Position numbers and translations under genes: made by a program. A stretch of 64,000 nucleotides of DNA from Candidatus Latescibacterota bacterium. GTDB lineage: Bacteria; Latescibacterota; UBA2968; UBA8231. The DNA is taken from positions 4,224,001 through 4,288,000 of the forward strand of contig OZ242005.1 of assembly GCA_965204725.1 (NCBI GenBank), in the 5' to 3' direction. Below, in pieces: positions 8,990 to 21,747 of the stretch (within the stretch, counting starts at the first letter, position 1; every line of letters begins with the position of its first letter). The notes under the pieces are model-generated. The model did not search any database and was not told the origin of the DNA. It was given only the letters and a program-made list of their open reading frames with translations.

Positions 8990-9577
8990 ATGCCTAGTAG
9001 AGATATAAGCCGCTTGGGCGAAGACATTGTGTTTGAAGAGACCCTCAGGGGGCACACTTTTACCTTTCACTCCACTTGGGGGCTTTTCAACCCCAAGCGC
9101 ATCGACCCCGGTACGCGGCTGCTCATCGACCATATCAAAGCCGGGCCTACCGACTGTTGCCTCGACTTAGGATGTGGATATGGTCCTATCGGCTTGGCGT
9201 TGGCTTTTCTCTGCTCTGAGGGCGAGGTCCACCTAATTGATAAGGACTTTGTCGCTGTCAACTACGCGGCACAAAACGCCGAGCGCAACGGATTGGCCAA
9301 TTGTCGCGCCTATTTGAGCAACGCCTTCAGCCACGTGCCCGCACACGTGCGCTTTGACACGATTGCCTCCAACCTGCCCGCAAAAACAGGCAACGAACTC
9401 CTGACGATCATCATGCACGATGCCTGCGCCCGCCTCAAGCCGGGCGGGCATCTATGGGTCGTCACCATTGCCGGGCTGAAGGAGTACATCAAGCGCAGTT
9501 TCAAGGAGGTCTTCGGCAACTACAAGAAGATCAAACAGCGGGGGACTTACCTAGTATCGCTAGCAGTTAAAGAGTAG
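8990..9577 (+). CDS. Class I SAM methyltransferase (MTS/RsmC-like)
   Basis: GLF...IDPGTRLL, LDLGCGYGPIG, SNLP. Confidence 0.85.
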   Translation: MPSRDISRLGEDIVFEETLRGHTFTFHSTWGLFNPKRIDPGTRLLIDHIKAGPTDCCLDLGCGYGPIGLALAFLCSEGEVHLIDKDFVAVNYAAQNAERNGLANCRAYLSNAFSHVPAHVRFDTIASNLPAKTGNELLTIIMHDACARLKPGGHLWVVTIAGLKEYIKRSFKEVFGNYKKIKQRGTYLVSLAVKE

Positions 9578-9578
9578 G

Positions 9579-10631
9579 TTATAGCAATTCCTCGTTTACT
9601 TCGACGCCAAAGCCCGAGCCTTCGGGCAGAACTAAGTGCCCCTCCCGGGGTTGTGGCTCACCTAGCCACAGCTCGTCGCGCACCGCACCGCGCCAGCCCA
9701 TGACCACTTCGGCCAAGTTGTCGCCGTAGCCCGCCGCCAAAAGGTGCAGACCCCAAATCTCGCCGCCGCGGTGAGGGACCAAGGGGACGCCGTGCGTTTG
9801 GGCCAGCTCGGCAATGCGCAGTGCCGCCGTCAAACCGCCGCACCAAGTGACGTCCGGTTGCCACAAATCCAGTGCCCGCGCACTGGCGATATGACCGAAA
9901 TCTCGCACGGTGAATTCGTGTTCGCCGCCAGCTAACAAAATGGGGTGAATCTGCGGCCGCAACGCCGCCAAGCCAGCCAAGTCGTCGGGCAACAGCACGT
10001 CTTCAAACCAATATATGTTGAATGGCGCGAGTTGCTGCGCTACGACCAAGGCAAAGTCGGGCGACCACGACATGTAGGCGTCAATCATCAAGAGCGCGTC
10101 TTTGCCCAAGGTCTGGTGCGCTCCTTGGGCCCACTCGAGTATGCGCGCCGCGTCTTCCGCTTGGCTTTCTCTCCGCGTCTGCGAAGACTTATGGGCGTCA
10201 AAGCCCAAGTCGCGATACCAAGCACAATCTGGGCCGGTGGCGTAGGCCCGCACCTCGTCTCGCTGCCGCCCCCCTAGCAAGTCGCAGACGGATTGCTCTT
10301 CTGCCCGGCCCAAGACATCCCACAATGCCAAGTCCACGCCGCTGATGGCCATGACGGCGATCCCGCTACGGCCGTAGGGCAGGCTGGCCTTGTATTGGTC
10401 GTCCCAGAGTTGGGCGACATCTTCAATGCTGTTGATGCTGCGCCCCACCAGCAACTCGCGCAGGTGGCGGTTGATCACCTCTACGGCAGCAATCCCGCCG
10501 CCACCCGCTCCCCAGCCGCTAACGCCGACGTCCGTATCTATGCGCACGACCATCTGCCAAAAGTGTCGGCGCCAAGCAGCGGGCGCGACGCGATAGCGGG
10601 GATACACGGACCGCACTTCGGTTATTTTCAT
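9579..10631 (-). CDS. Mandelate racemase/enolase superfamily sugar-acid dehydratase (rhamnonate dehydratase-like)
   Basis: AISGVDLALWD, LMIDAYM, WFED, GGEHE, QPDVTWCGG, VPH. Confidence 0.85.
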   Translation of the reverse strand: MKITEVRSVYPRYRVAPAAWRRHFWQMVVRIDTDVGVSGWGAGGGGIAAVEVINRHLRELLVGRSINSIEDVAQLWDDQYKASLPYGRSGIAVMAISGVDLALWDVLGRAEEQSVCDLLGGRQRDEVRAYATGPDCAWYRDLGFDAHKSSQTRRESQAEDAARILEWAQGAHQTLGKDALLMIDAYMSWSPDFALVVAQQLAPFNIYWFEDVLLPDDLAGLAALRPQIHPILLAGGEHEFTVRDFGHIASARALDLWQPDVTWCGGLTAALRIAELAQTHGVPLVPHRGGEIWGLHLLAAGYGDNLAEVVMGWRGAVRDELWLGEPQPREGHLVLPEGSGFGVEVNEELL

Positions 10632-10752
10632 GCGTAACCCCTTGGGTACATTTTTGTTTCCATAGCCTTACACTTTGGTAATAATCCGCCTCGTGCTGTA
10701 TTATTTACATATCCAAACACCTTGTATTTTATATCCCCATTAGGAGCAGCCC

Positions 10753-11964
10753 ATGTCCTTAGGACGCAACCTAAAAGAGCTGCGACAGAAACAATCGCTC
10801 AATCAGAAAGACCTCTCAGATCGCTCCGGCGTCTCCCAAGCCACCATCTCCCGCATTGAAACGGGCCGAGTGCGCCAGCCGGGTTCGTCTGCTCTAAAAA
10901 GTTTAGCTGATGCCCTCTGCGTCTCGACCGACTCCCTAATGGACGATAAGGGACACCTAGCCCAAGTCCACAAAGGCCGTTTGCATCAAATCGCCGAGAC
11001 CCTTAACGGCTTTGTCATCCACAAAAACGGACAACTGCTCTTCATCAGCCAGACCTTGGCCGACCTACTGGGGTATCGCGGGGAAGAATTGCTCGCCAAA
11101 GACGTCATTGAGCTCGTGTTCGCTCCTCAGTTCCGTCTCACCGCTCGGCATATCGTTGCTAGCGGCTCGTCCAATGCCTACGAAGTGCTCATGGTGTGTA
11201 GTGACGGCAACCTTCTTCCCGCTGAGATCAACAACGTCAACATCAGCGAAAAAGTGCGCTTGGTCACTGTGCGCGACATTACGGCTCACTGCTGTCAGCA
11301 AGGGGCCTTCCGCGTCTTGCAGGCTGGTTGCGAAGCGGAAAAAGTGCGCGATCTAGGCAAGGTCGTACGCATTCTGGGCGACGAGCTAGAGGCCATGGGC
11401 GTCCAATTCGAGGCGGTTGACCTACAGGTCATTGACGAACAAAGAAACCTCTTGGCTTGCTATCGCGCCCATTCCGAAGCACGGGGCTACCACTCCTTAC
11501 AGAACGCGGTACATCTCCGAGAATCGCTCGGGCACTTTGCTTCTCTGCGGAGGTTGCTTAGCCACTGGCACCGCCAAAAGGTCTGGGAGCGCAAGGCCGA
11601 CGAGGACTTTCAACAGGCGACCCAAGAAATTTTCTCGGACTCGGTATATCGCCCCGGACTGCTGATTGACGTGCCCTTTGCACAGGGCATGCTAGGGCTG
11701 GGGCTACCCATGAGCTTACCTAGGCTCCCCAAACAGCTAGCGACCATATTGGACGAGTTCGCCCGTTCTATCTCTTTGGTTGTCAAGCGGCTGCTCGAGC
11801 TTCAATCGCTACGCGAAAAGCTCGACTCTATCCCCATCAGCCCTACGGCTCCTGCCCCAACAGCAGACCTAAAAGAACTTGTCGTTGCTCCCTCTAAGGC
11901 TATGACCGTACTTCCTCCGGGCGAACTTTCCGCTGGTCCGAGGGTCGCGGAGGGGCCTTCTTGA
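10753..11964 (+). CDS. XRE-family HTH regulator with PAS and GAF-like domains
   Basis: LKELRQKQSLNQKDLS...SQATISRIETG; PAS-like LADLLGY...EELL...VRDIT; AGGAG RBS. Confidence 0.75.
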   Translation: MSLGRNLKELRQKQSLNQKDLSDRSGVSQATISRIETGRVRQPGSSALKSLADALCVSTDSLMDDKGHLAQVHKGRLHQIAETLNGFVIHKNGQLLFISQTLADLLGYRGEELLAKDVIELVFAPQFRLTARHIVASGSSNAYEVLMVCSDGNLLPAEINNVNISEKVRLVTVRDITAHCCQQGAFRVLQAGCEAEKVRDLGKVVRILGDELEAMGVQFEAVDLQVIDEQRNLLACYRAHSEARGYHSLQNAVHLRESLGHFASLRRLLSHWHRQKVWERKADEDFQQATQEIFSDSVYRPGLLIDVPFAQGMLGLGLPMSLPRLPKQLATILDEFARSISLVVKRLLELQSLREKLDSIPISPTAPAPTADLKELVVAPSKAMTVLPPGELSAGPRVAEGPS

Positions 11965-11979
11965 TGCGGGGGCGATCGC

Positions 11980-13302
11980 CTACGGCTCAAGCGTCAGGTT
12001 CGCTGCGCGCTGCAACTCCTCTACCACCTGCTCGATGTCCCCGCCTTCAATCGCCTCTACCATCGCCTCTTGAATTAACCGCCGCACTTGTTCGTACCCA
12101 GCTATCGTCGGCTCCGATTTTCCGTATTCCAACATTCCAAACGCCACTCCGTAATGCGGGTTTTCCTCGAAGTAGCTTTCCAACTCCCGCGCCGTACTCT
12201 GGCGCACTGGAAAGTAGTTGCTTGCCCGCACCCACCGCGCTTGTTGCTCGGGCGCAGTAAACCACTTGAGGAAAAGCCAAGCCGCTAGCTGTTTTTCGGG
12301 CGTACCAGCGCAGATTGACACGCTGGCCCCATACACGTCAACGACCGGCCTCGGTCCAGTCTGCGGCGGATGGGTTACTCCCCACTCGAAGACCAGCCCA
12401 GAGTCCTCAATGCCGCTCTTGTAAAAGGGTAGGCCGGAGGAAGAGTCCTGAGAGAAGAGAACCTGACCGGTGACAAACTCGTTTAGCTCGGCATCCCGTT
12501 CGCCGGCGATGTGTATCGCGCCGTCCTGTGCTAGCTCCTGTATCAGCTCCAGCACCGCTTTCGCTTCTGGCGAATCCAGCGTGTAGGTGGTGCCGGTCGC
12601 ATCTACTAGGTCGCCGCCGCGGCTGAAGACCATCGCGGCGAATCGGCTGGCGTCAACATCGAGCAAAAAGCCCAAGCTGCGGGCTGGGTCTTCGTTTTTG
12701 CTAAAGGGTTGCTCTTTGGCCAAGCGGCACATCGCGGCAAAATCGTCCCAAGTCGCGGGTGGATCGTCGTAGCCCAGCTCGCGCAACCAATCAAAATTGT
12801 AGTAGAGCAATTCCATCGAGCGATTCGGCGGGAAGCCAATCTGCACTCCGCCGACATTGTCCTGCTCCAGAAACGCCTCGACATAGTCGCCGCGCTCTTC
12901 GGGCGACAATCCCCATTTGGGCGAGTCCATATAGGGCGTTATATCCACTATGCCGTCGGCTTGGTAGTACGCTAGGGCTTGGTTTTGGTAGGCTACGACC
13001 AAGTTGGCAGCCAGCGAACCGCTCTGGATACCCACGTTCATCTTGTTGTAGATGTCCCCATAGCGCCCCACGTACTCGCCGCGGACCTCAATCCCATAGC
13101 GGTTCGTCTGGTTAAAGTCGGCAATCAGGGCTTGCAGGGCCTCTTCGCGCTCTCGGGTGTGTTGATACCAAAAGACGACTTTCTGGCCTTGCGGATCGAG
13201 GGCTTCGACACTGGTCTGCTGCTCGTAAACAACCTCTTGCGAGCCGCCACAGGCCCCCAGCAAGGCACACCAAACTAACATCATCGCACTTTTCAGCTTC
13301 AT
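11980..13302 (-). CDS. Carbohydrate ABC transporter substrate-binding lipoprotein
   Basis: Lipobox LGAC, LYYN, PPATWDD, AAWLFLKW; ATG 13302. Confidence 0.85.
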   Translation of the reverse strand: MKLKSAMMLVWCALLGACGGSQEVVYEQQTSVEALDPQGQKVVFWYQHTREREEALQALIADFNQTNRYGIEVRGEYVGRYGDIYNKMNVGIQSGSLAANLVVAYQNQALAYYQADGIVDITPYMDSPKWGLSPEERGDYVEAFLEQDNVGGVQIGFPPNRSMELLYYNFDWLRELGYDDPPATWDDFAAMCRLAKEQPFSKNEDPARSLGFLLDVDASRFAAMVFSRGGDLVDATGTTYTLDSPEAKAVLELIQELAQDGAIHIAGERDAELNEFVTGQVLFSQDSSSGLPFYKSGIEDSGLVFEWGVTHPPQTGPRPVVDVYGASVSICAGTPEKQLAAWLFLKWFTAPEQQARWVRASNYFPVRQSTARELESYFEENPHYGVAFGMLEYGKSEPTIAGYEQVRRLIQEAMVEAIEGGDIEQVVEELQRAANLTLEP

Positions 13303-13306
13303 CGCT

Positions 13307-14143
13307 TTATCCTTTGAACCCAGATATGGAAATGCCTTCCGTGAATTCGCGCTGAATGAGAAAATACGCCAAGAGTACGGGAGCGGTCGCGATAACGGCC
13401 CCGGCCATTTGCAGGTGTACCTCGGTCCCGGCCTCACTGGCAAACTGCTGCAAACCCACTGCGATCGGACGCCAATCAGGCGTATTGGTCACCAGTAAAG
13501 GCCAAGCCAAGGCGTTCCAAGAACCAATATACGTAAACATGCCAACCGTCAAGAGGGGTGCCCGGCACAGGGGGACCGCGATCTGAAACAGAAAGCGCAC
13601 ATGACCGGCTCCCTCAATTCGGGCCGCATCCCACAATTCGTTGGGCAGGCCGCGCATAAACTGACGCAAGAGAAAAATGCTAAAGGCACTAGCCATAAAG
13701 GGAATGGTCAGGGCCGGCCAGCTATTGAGCCAAGCAAACGGCGTATTGCGGTGTAGCCAAGTCACGACGAGAAAATTCGGCACGATGGTCACAGCTTCGG
13801 GGATCATCAGTGTAGCCAAGATGCCGGTAAAGACCGCATCTCGTCCGCGGAACTGCATCCGCGCCAGCGGGTAAGCCGCCATAAGCGAGAACAGCAGCGT
13901 CCCGCTGACCTGTAGGATGGCGATGATCAGCGAATTCTCAAAGTAGAGACCAAAATCCGCTTCTTGCCAAGCGGTGATATAATTGTCCCATTGTACGCGC
14001 TCGGGCAGCAAGACCCGCCGCAGTGATTCCCCGCGGCTCATAAAAGAGGCCAAAAGCATCCATGCGAACGGAAAGCTCGCGACCAGCCCCCCCAAGCTCA
14101 AACCGCAGTAAATCAGCCCCGCTTTGCCGACCCTAGTTGCCAT
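13307..14143 (-). CDS. Carbohydrate ABC transporter permease (MalG-like)
   Basis: LMIP, FLLRQF, ELWDAARIEGA (EAA motif), WNALAWPL. Confidence 0.9.
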   Translation of the reverse strand: MATRVGKAGLIYCGLSLGGLVASFPFAWMLLASFMSRGESLRRVLLPERVQWDNYITAWQEADFGLYFENSLIIAILQVSGTLLFSLMAAYPLARMQFRGRDAVFTGILATLMIPEAVTIVPNFLVVTWLHRNTPFAWLNSWPALTIPFMASAFSIFLLRQFMRGLPNELWDAARIEGAGHVRFLFQIAVPLCRAPLLTVGMFTYIGSWNALAWPLLVTNTPDWRPIAVGLQQFASEAGTEVHLQMAGAVIATAPVLLAYFLIQREFTEGISISGFKG

Positions 14144-15272
14144 AAAACACCCGCCTGCCGAGCACCCGGTTTTGTAGCAGCGTCAGTGCCAAAATCGCGA
14201 CGAAGAGCACGAAAGACATTGCAGAGGCATAGCCGGCGTTGTGGTACTCAAAAACTTGGTCGAAAATGGCAATACTGAGCACATCGACCGAGTCGCGGGC
14301 ACCCGGGGTCCGCATGATGTAAACATGGTTAAAGGCTTTGAAGGTCCCAATGACGGCCACCATCGACAAAAAGAACAGGGTCGGTGAGACCAAGGGCAGG
14401 GTAATGTGGCGGAAGACTTGCCACTCGCCAGCACCGTCCATCTCGGCGGCCTCATAGTATTGATTGGGGATAGCACTGAGGCCAGCCAGTAAAATCACCG
14501 TGTCGTAGCCGACATAGACCCAAATGTTGTATAGGATGATTGAGGTCAGGGCTAGGCTCGGGAAGACGCTGTCCACCCACGCGGGATAAGAAGCAAAGCC
14601 GGCCCCTTGTAGTAACAGGGCTACGACGGACTTGCTCTCGTAGAGCCAGTGCTGGCTCTCCAGCCCCCAAAAACTCCAGAAGCGGTTGGCCAGCGAGGAA
14701 GGGTGGGGACTAAAGATGGTGCGGAAAACCACGGCTGAGGCGATGATCGGCGTGACATAAGGCAGAAAGAACAGCGTGCGAAACGCACCTCTAGCCCGTG
14801 CGATCTTGAAGAGCAAATACGCCAGTCCGGTGGCCAAGCTCAGTTGGCACGGGATCGTCCCGACCGCGTAGAAAAACGTGACCTTAAAGCCGTTATACAG
14901 CACCGGATCGCCTGTCTCGACGAGGCCACCCAAGCCCTGAACCACCCCCAACCAAAGCCCCGATAGTACGACTATGCCCCAAGCGATGCGGACGTAAAGG
15001 GGACGCAGGCCGCGCTTGGATAAAGTGGCGCGGAGACGATAGGCTGCACAGACGAGGCCCACCCCGGCGATGAAGACCAACAGATACTGCGAGTCGCCCA
15101 AGGCGCGGACATAGTGGTCGAACCCAACCACCGCTTCCTTCCTTATTCGCCACTTGTGCAGGCTGACGTACAAGGCATAGCCAATAGGGAAAAGCCCAAA
15201 CGCACCTAGCAGGACAAGTGCCGGCGCAAGAAGGCCCCAAGCAGTCCGTTGTTCTCTAATGCGGGTACTCAT
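14133..15272 (-). CDS. Carbohydrate ABC transporter permease (MalF-like)
   Basis: FFLPYVTP, LAGLSAIP, YEAAEMDGA, ITLPLVSP, GYASA. Confidence 0.9.
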   Translation of the reverse strand: MSTRIREQRTAWGLLAPALVLLGAFGLFPIGYALYVSLHKWRIRKEAVVGFDHYVRALGDSQYLLVFIAGVGLVCAAYRLRATLSKRGLRPLYVRIAWGIVVLSGLWLGVVQGLGGLVETGDPVLYNGFKVTFFYAVGTIPCQLSLATGLAYLLFKIARARGAFRTLFFLPYVTPIIASAVVFRTIFSPHPSSLANRFWSFWGLESQHWLYESKSVVALLLQGAGFASYPAWVDSVFPSLALTSIILYNIWVYVGYDTVILLAGLSAIPNQYYEAAEMDGAGEWQVFRHITLPLVSPTLFFLSMVAVIGTFKAFNHVYIMRTPGARDSVDVLSIAIFDQVFEYHNAGYASAMSFVLFVAILALTLLQNRVLGRRVFYGN

Positions 15273-15351
15273 CGGCGTGGGATAGTGCTGAGACGCGAGG
15301 CTAAATGCGCGGAGAATGCGGCCTCGTCCCAATTATCGACGGGATCTAGGC

Positions 15352-15391
15352 CAAAAGAAGAAGGCTCCTGAAGCATTCATTTCAGGAGCCT
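15352..15391 (-). terminator. Intrinsic terminator after tRNA cluster
   Basis: AGGCTCCTGAA/TTCAGGAGCCT hairpin followed by pyrimidine/U run on the minus strand. Confidence 0.8.
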
Positions 15392-15395
15392 GTAT

Positions 15396-15471
15396 TGGCT
15401 GCCCCCCTAGGGCTCGAACCTAGAACCTCCTGATCCAGAGTCAGGCGCACTTCCAATTGTGCTAGAGGGCA
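15396..15471 (-). tRNA. tRNA-Gln(CTG)
   Basis: Cloverleaf, anticodon arm CCTGA-CT-CTG-GA-TCAGG, GTTCGAG T-loop, encoded CCA. Confidence 0.95.
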
Positions 15472-15483
15472 ACTCGGGAAAAT

Positions 15484-15577
<94 letters not shown>

Positions 15578-15652
15578 GAAACTTAAAAATAAACTTTTGA
15601 CGTGTTCCCATCGCTAAAAGGGATGGGATTGTGGCGGCATCAAATGGTGAAC

Positions 15653-15739
15653 TGGCGGAGGGTGAGGGACTCGAACCCTCAAGGGCGTAAGCCCGGCGGT
15701 TTTCAAGACCGCTGCCTTACCAATTAGGTCTAACCCTCC
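15653..15739 (-). tRNA. tRNA-Ser(TGA)
   Basis: GGAGGGT acceptor, GCGGT-CT-TGA-AA-ACCGC, long variable arm, G73-CCA. Confidence 0.95.
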
Positions 15740-15783
15740 TTTTCGCGGCAAGGATAAAAATATACATGAGGCACGATCTTAGG

Positions 15784-18309
15784 TCAACCCGAGGCCTTCT
15801 CATCGGTCTCGCTGTCTTCCCAGCTACTCTCTTCCTCGCTGCTGGGCAGCGGGGCCATGTCGATAACTCGGTCGCCCTCGTCCAAATTGATCACCCGAAC
15901 TCCTTGGGTATTGCGCCCGATGGGAGGCAACCCTTGTACGGGAATGCGGATCATAATACCGTTCTGGGTTACCACCATGACCTCCTCTTCGGCTTGGATC
16001 TCCCTACAGGCCACCACGTGACCGTTGCGTGGGGTGGTCTTGATGTCGATGACGCCTTGGCCACCGCGGTGCTTGCTGGGGTACTCGGCTTGGCTAGTGC
16101 GCTTGCCATAGCCGTTTTCGCAGATGGTCAACAAAGTGCTGCTTTCGCGCACTACGACCATGTCCACAACCTCGTCCTCTTCCCCCGGGCGTAAGCTAAT
16201 GCCCTTAACGCCAGTAGAAACCCGGCCCATAGAGCGGACTTCGCTTTCGCTAAAGCGCATGGCTCGGCCGTTGCGCGTCAGCAGGGCAATATCCTGCTGT
16301 CCGTCGGTGATGGCCGCCCCAATCAGGCCATCGTCGTCTTGGATCTTCAGGGCGATGATCCCATCGCGGCGGATGTTCTGGTAGGCCGAGAGCTTGGTCT
16401 TCTTGACAATGCCGCTGCGCGTAGCCGTGAACAAGTACTGATCGTCGGAAAATTCTCGAACTGGTACGATGGCGCATATCTGGTCGTCTTGGTCGAGTGG
16501 CAACAGGTTGGCTATTGACCGCCCCTGAGCCGTGCGGTCACCTTCGGGTATGCGAAAGACCTTGAGCCAATAACATTTGCCCTTGGCAGTCAAGAACATG
16601 ATATAGGAATGGGTCGAAGCCACGAAGAGATGTTCTACAAAGTCCTCTTCCTTGGTCTTCATACCCGTCACCCCGCGTCCGCCGCGATTCTGTACTCGGT
16701 AGGCCCTAGGGGACAGGCGCTTGATATAGCCACTGCGCGAGATGGTGACGACCATGTCCTCTTCTGCAATCAAGTCCTCAATGTCGAATTCCTCGGCTGC
16801 ATAGACGATCTCCGTGCGGCGCTCGTCGCCGAAGCGCTCGGCGATTTCATCAATCTCACCTTTGACGATCTGCATCTGCCGCTCCCGGCTGGCGAGGATG
16901 CCCCTCTGGTCCTCAATCGTCGTTACCAATTCCTTGTACTCGGCTTCAATTTTGTCTCGCTCCAAGCCTGTCAAGCGCTGCAAGGGCATGCTTAGGATGG
17001 CTTGGATCTGCCGCTCGCTCAACTCGAACCGCACCTCCGCCGCCCGCCCGTCGATCTCTGTGGGGCGGATGCTGGCCAGCCGGGCTTGAGCATCTGCCGG
17101 GCTTGACGAGCGGCGAATGGTCTCAATCACCAAGTCAATGTGGTCCAAGGCGATGCGCAGGCCCTCAAGGATGTGCGCTCGCGCTTCGGCCTTCTCCAAG
17201 TCGAATTCCGCACGACGCACGATCACGTCATGGCGATGATCAATATAGTGCTGCAGCATCTGCTTGAGGTTGAGCATCTCAGGGCGGCCATTGACAATGG
17301 CCAACATCATTACCCCGTAAGTAGTCTGCAACATGCTGTGGCTATAGAGCTGGTTGAGCACGACTTCGGCTTGGGCTTCTCTCTTGCATTCAAATACGAT
17401 GCGCAGACCCTTGCGGCCCGATTCGTCGCGGATATTGGCAAGTCCGTCAATGGTTTTGTCGCGCACCAAGTCGGCAATTTTCTCTAGTAAGCTAGCCTTG
17501 TTTACTAAGAAAGGGATTTCGGTGACAACGATGTTCTCGCGGCCGTTCTTGAGGGTTTCAATATCCGCCCGAGCTCGGATATAAATCAGTCCCCTCCCGG
17601 TTGCGTAGGCCTGCTGGACCCCGCTCATACCGTAGATGATTCCGCCGGTGGGAAAGTCTGGGGCCTTGACATGCTCGAGCAACTCGGCAATGGAGATATC
17701 GGGGCGATCAATCAGTGCCTTGAGGCCGCTGGCAACTTCCCGCAAGTTGTGCGGTGGGACCTTGGTGGCCATGCCGACGGCGATGCCCATTGAGCCGTTG
17801 CATATCAGGTTGGGGAACCTAGACGGCAAAACCAGAGGCTCTTGCTGAGTCTCGTCGTAGTTGCTGGCGAATTCGACGGTATTCTTGTCGAGGTCCGCTA
17901 GAAGCTCCATCGCCGGCCTACTCAGCCTCGCCTCCGTGTAGCGCATGGCAGCCGGAGGGTAGCCGTCAATTGAACCGAAGTTGCCTTGGCCTTGGACCAG
18001 TGGATAACGAAAGCGAAAGCTCTGCGCCATATGCACTAGCGTCGGATAGACAATGTCTTCGCCGTGCGGATGGTAGTTACCCGAGGTGTCGCCAGCAATT
18101 TTGGCGCACTTGCGGTAGCCGCGGTTGGGAAAAAGGCTCAAGTCGTTCATCGCCACCAAGATGCGGCGCTGGGATGGCTTGAGACCATCGCGGACATCGG
18201 GTAGGGCCCGCGACCGTATAAAGCTCATTGAATAGTCGAGGAAAGAGGTTTTGAGCTCCTCCTCAATTTTGACCCGAAGGATCCGGCTTTCTTGCTGTTC
18301 GAGCATCAA
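15784..18309 (-). CDS. gyrA: DNA gyrase subunit A
   Basis: RALPDVRDGLKP, YHPHG, AAMRYTE, GyrA-box QNRGGRG. Confidence 0.98.
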   Translation of the reverse strand: MMLEQQESRILRVKIEEELKTSFLDYSMSFIRSRALPDVRDGLKPSQRRILVAMNDLSLFPNRGYRKCAKIAGDTSGNYHPHGEDIVYPTLVHMAQSFRFRYPLVQGQGNFGSIDGYPPAAMRYTEARLSRPAMELLADLDKNTVEFASNYDETQQEPLVLPSRFPNLICNGSMGIAVGMATKVPPHNLREVASGLKALIDRPDISIAELLEHVKAPDFPTGGIIYGMSGVQQAYATGRGLIYIRARADIETLKNGRENIVVTEIPFLVNKASLLEKIADLVRDKTIDGLANIRDESGRKGLRIVFECKREAQAEVVLNQLYSHSMLQTTYGVMMLAIVNGRPEMLNLKQMLQHYIDHRHDVIVRRAEFDLEKAEARAHILEGLRIALDHIDLVIETIRRSSSPADAQARLASIRPTEIDGRAAEVRFELSERQIQAILSMPLQRLTGLERDKIEAEYKELVTTIEDQRGILASRERQMQIVKGEIDEIAERFGDERRTEIVYAAEEFDIEDLIAEEDMVVTISRSGYIKRLSPRAYRVQNRGGRGVTGMKTKEEDFVEHLFVASTHSYIMFLTAKGKCYWLKVFRIPEGDRTAQGRSIANLLPLDQDDQICAIVPVREFSDDQYLFTATRSGIVKKTKLSAYQNIRRDGIIALKIQDDDGLIGAAITDGQQDIALLTRNGRAMRFSESEVRSMGRVSTGVKGISLRPGEEDEVVDMVVVRESSTLLTICENGYGKRTSQAEYPSKHRGGQGVIDIKTTPRNGHVVACREIQAEEEVMVVTQNGIMIRIPVQGLPPIGRNTQGVRVINLDEGDRVIDMAPLPSSEEESSWEDSETDEKASG

Positions 18310-18340
18310 TTAAATCCTAGCTTTGTAGTCTATTTGTAGT

Positions 18341-20644
<2,304 letters not shown>

Positions 20645-20670
<26 letters not shown>

Positions 20671-21733
20671 AACGGGCAGCCTGTCTTGTACTGGGCTCTT
20701 GGGGGATCGTTGCTACGACCTGTTCAAACTCACTTACTATGTCCAATAGTTTTTCTATCCGGCCAGAGTCCAACTCTGAAAAAGCATCATCTAAGAGCAG
20801 CACGGGCTGCCGACCTGTTTGCTCCTCCATGTAACGAGACTCGGCCAGCTTCCACGATATGAGTACTGTCCTTAGCTGGCCCTCGGAGGCGTAGATTTCG
20901 GCCTGTTCTTCGTTCAACGTGAATTTCAAATCATCGCGGTGCGGTCCACAGAGCGTATGGCCTATTTGGGTTTCCTGCTCCCTGCGGCACTCGAGTGATT
21001 CGCGCAACTCGGCTCTAAGGGCCTCCAAGTCCTGCTCCTTGGTACCTTGATAGACAACGGCCGCCTCTTCGCCAGCCAAGGCAAAGCGACCGTAATAGCA
21101 GAGAAAGGGTGCTCTCAATTTATTCAGTGCCTCCAAGCGATGCAGTCGGAGTTGGGACCCCAAATCCACCAACTGAGTATTCCATGGTTCCATTACTTGA
21201 CTATCGACAAGTCCTTGTCCCGACTTCTTTGCAGTGCGTAACAAGTAGTTTCTCTGGGCTAACACACGGTAATAGCGCTGCATACACCGCAAGTACGTTG
21301 CGCTAGACTGAGAGATAAGTATGTCGAGGAGCCGCCTTCGCCGGGCCGGGAAGAGCAGTACCAACGATACGTCTTCAGGACAGAAGTGAACTGTGCGGAA
21401 GGTGCCCAGCAACTCCGATACTCGAGGCAAGGAATTAGCGTCAACAAATGCCTTCTTGCCTTCCTTCTTACTGTAAAAGACGCGTAATTGCTGGTCGTGG
21501 CGACCGTCAGTACACAAGGCTCGGATATCAAAGAAATCCTCGCCGTGCGGCACGACGTGTTGATCCTTGGCCCCGCGTACTGACTTACCGATAGATAGGT
21601 AGGAAATCGCTTCTAGGATATTGCTTTTACCGCGGCCGTTTGGACCAAAAATTAGCACATGATCTGCCGCAAAGCTCAAGCGAATCGCGGCAAAATTGCG
21701 GAAGGGTCTCAGCGTTAATTCACGGATCCGCAC
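20645..21733 (-). CDS. recF: DNA replication/repair protein RecF
   Basis: FRNF, GPNGRGKSN, GPHRDDL, SEGQ, LLLDDAFSELD. Confidence 0.95.
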
Positions 21734-21747
21734 TATTCCTGCTTACC

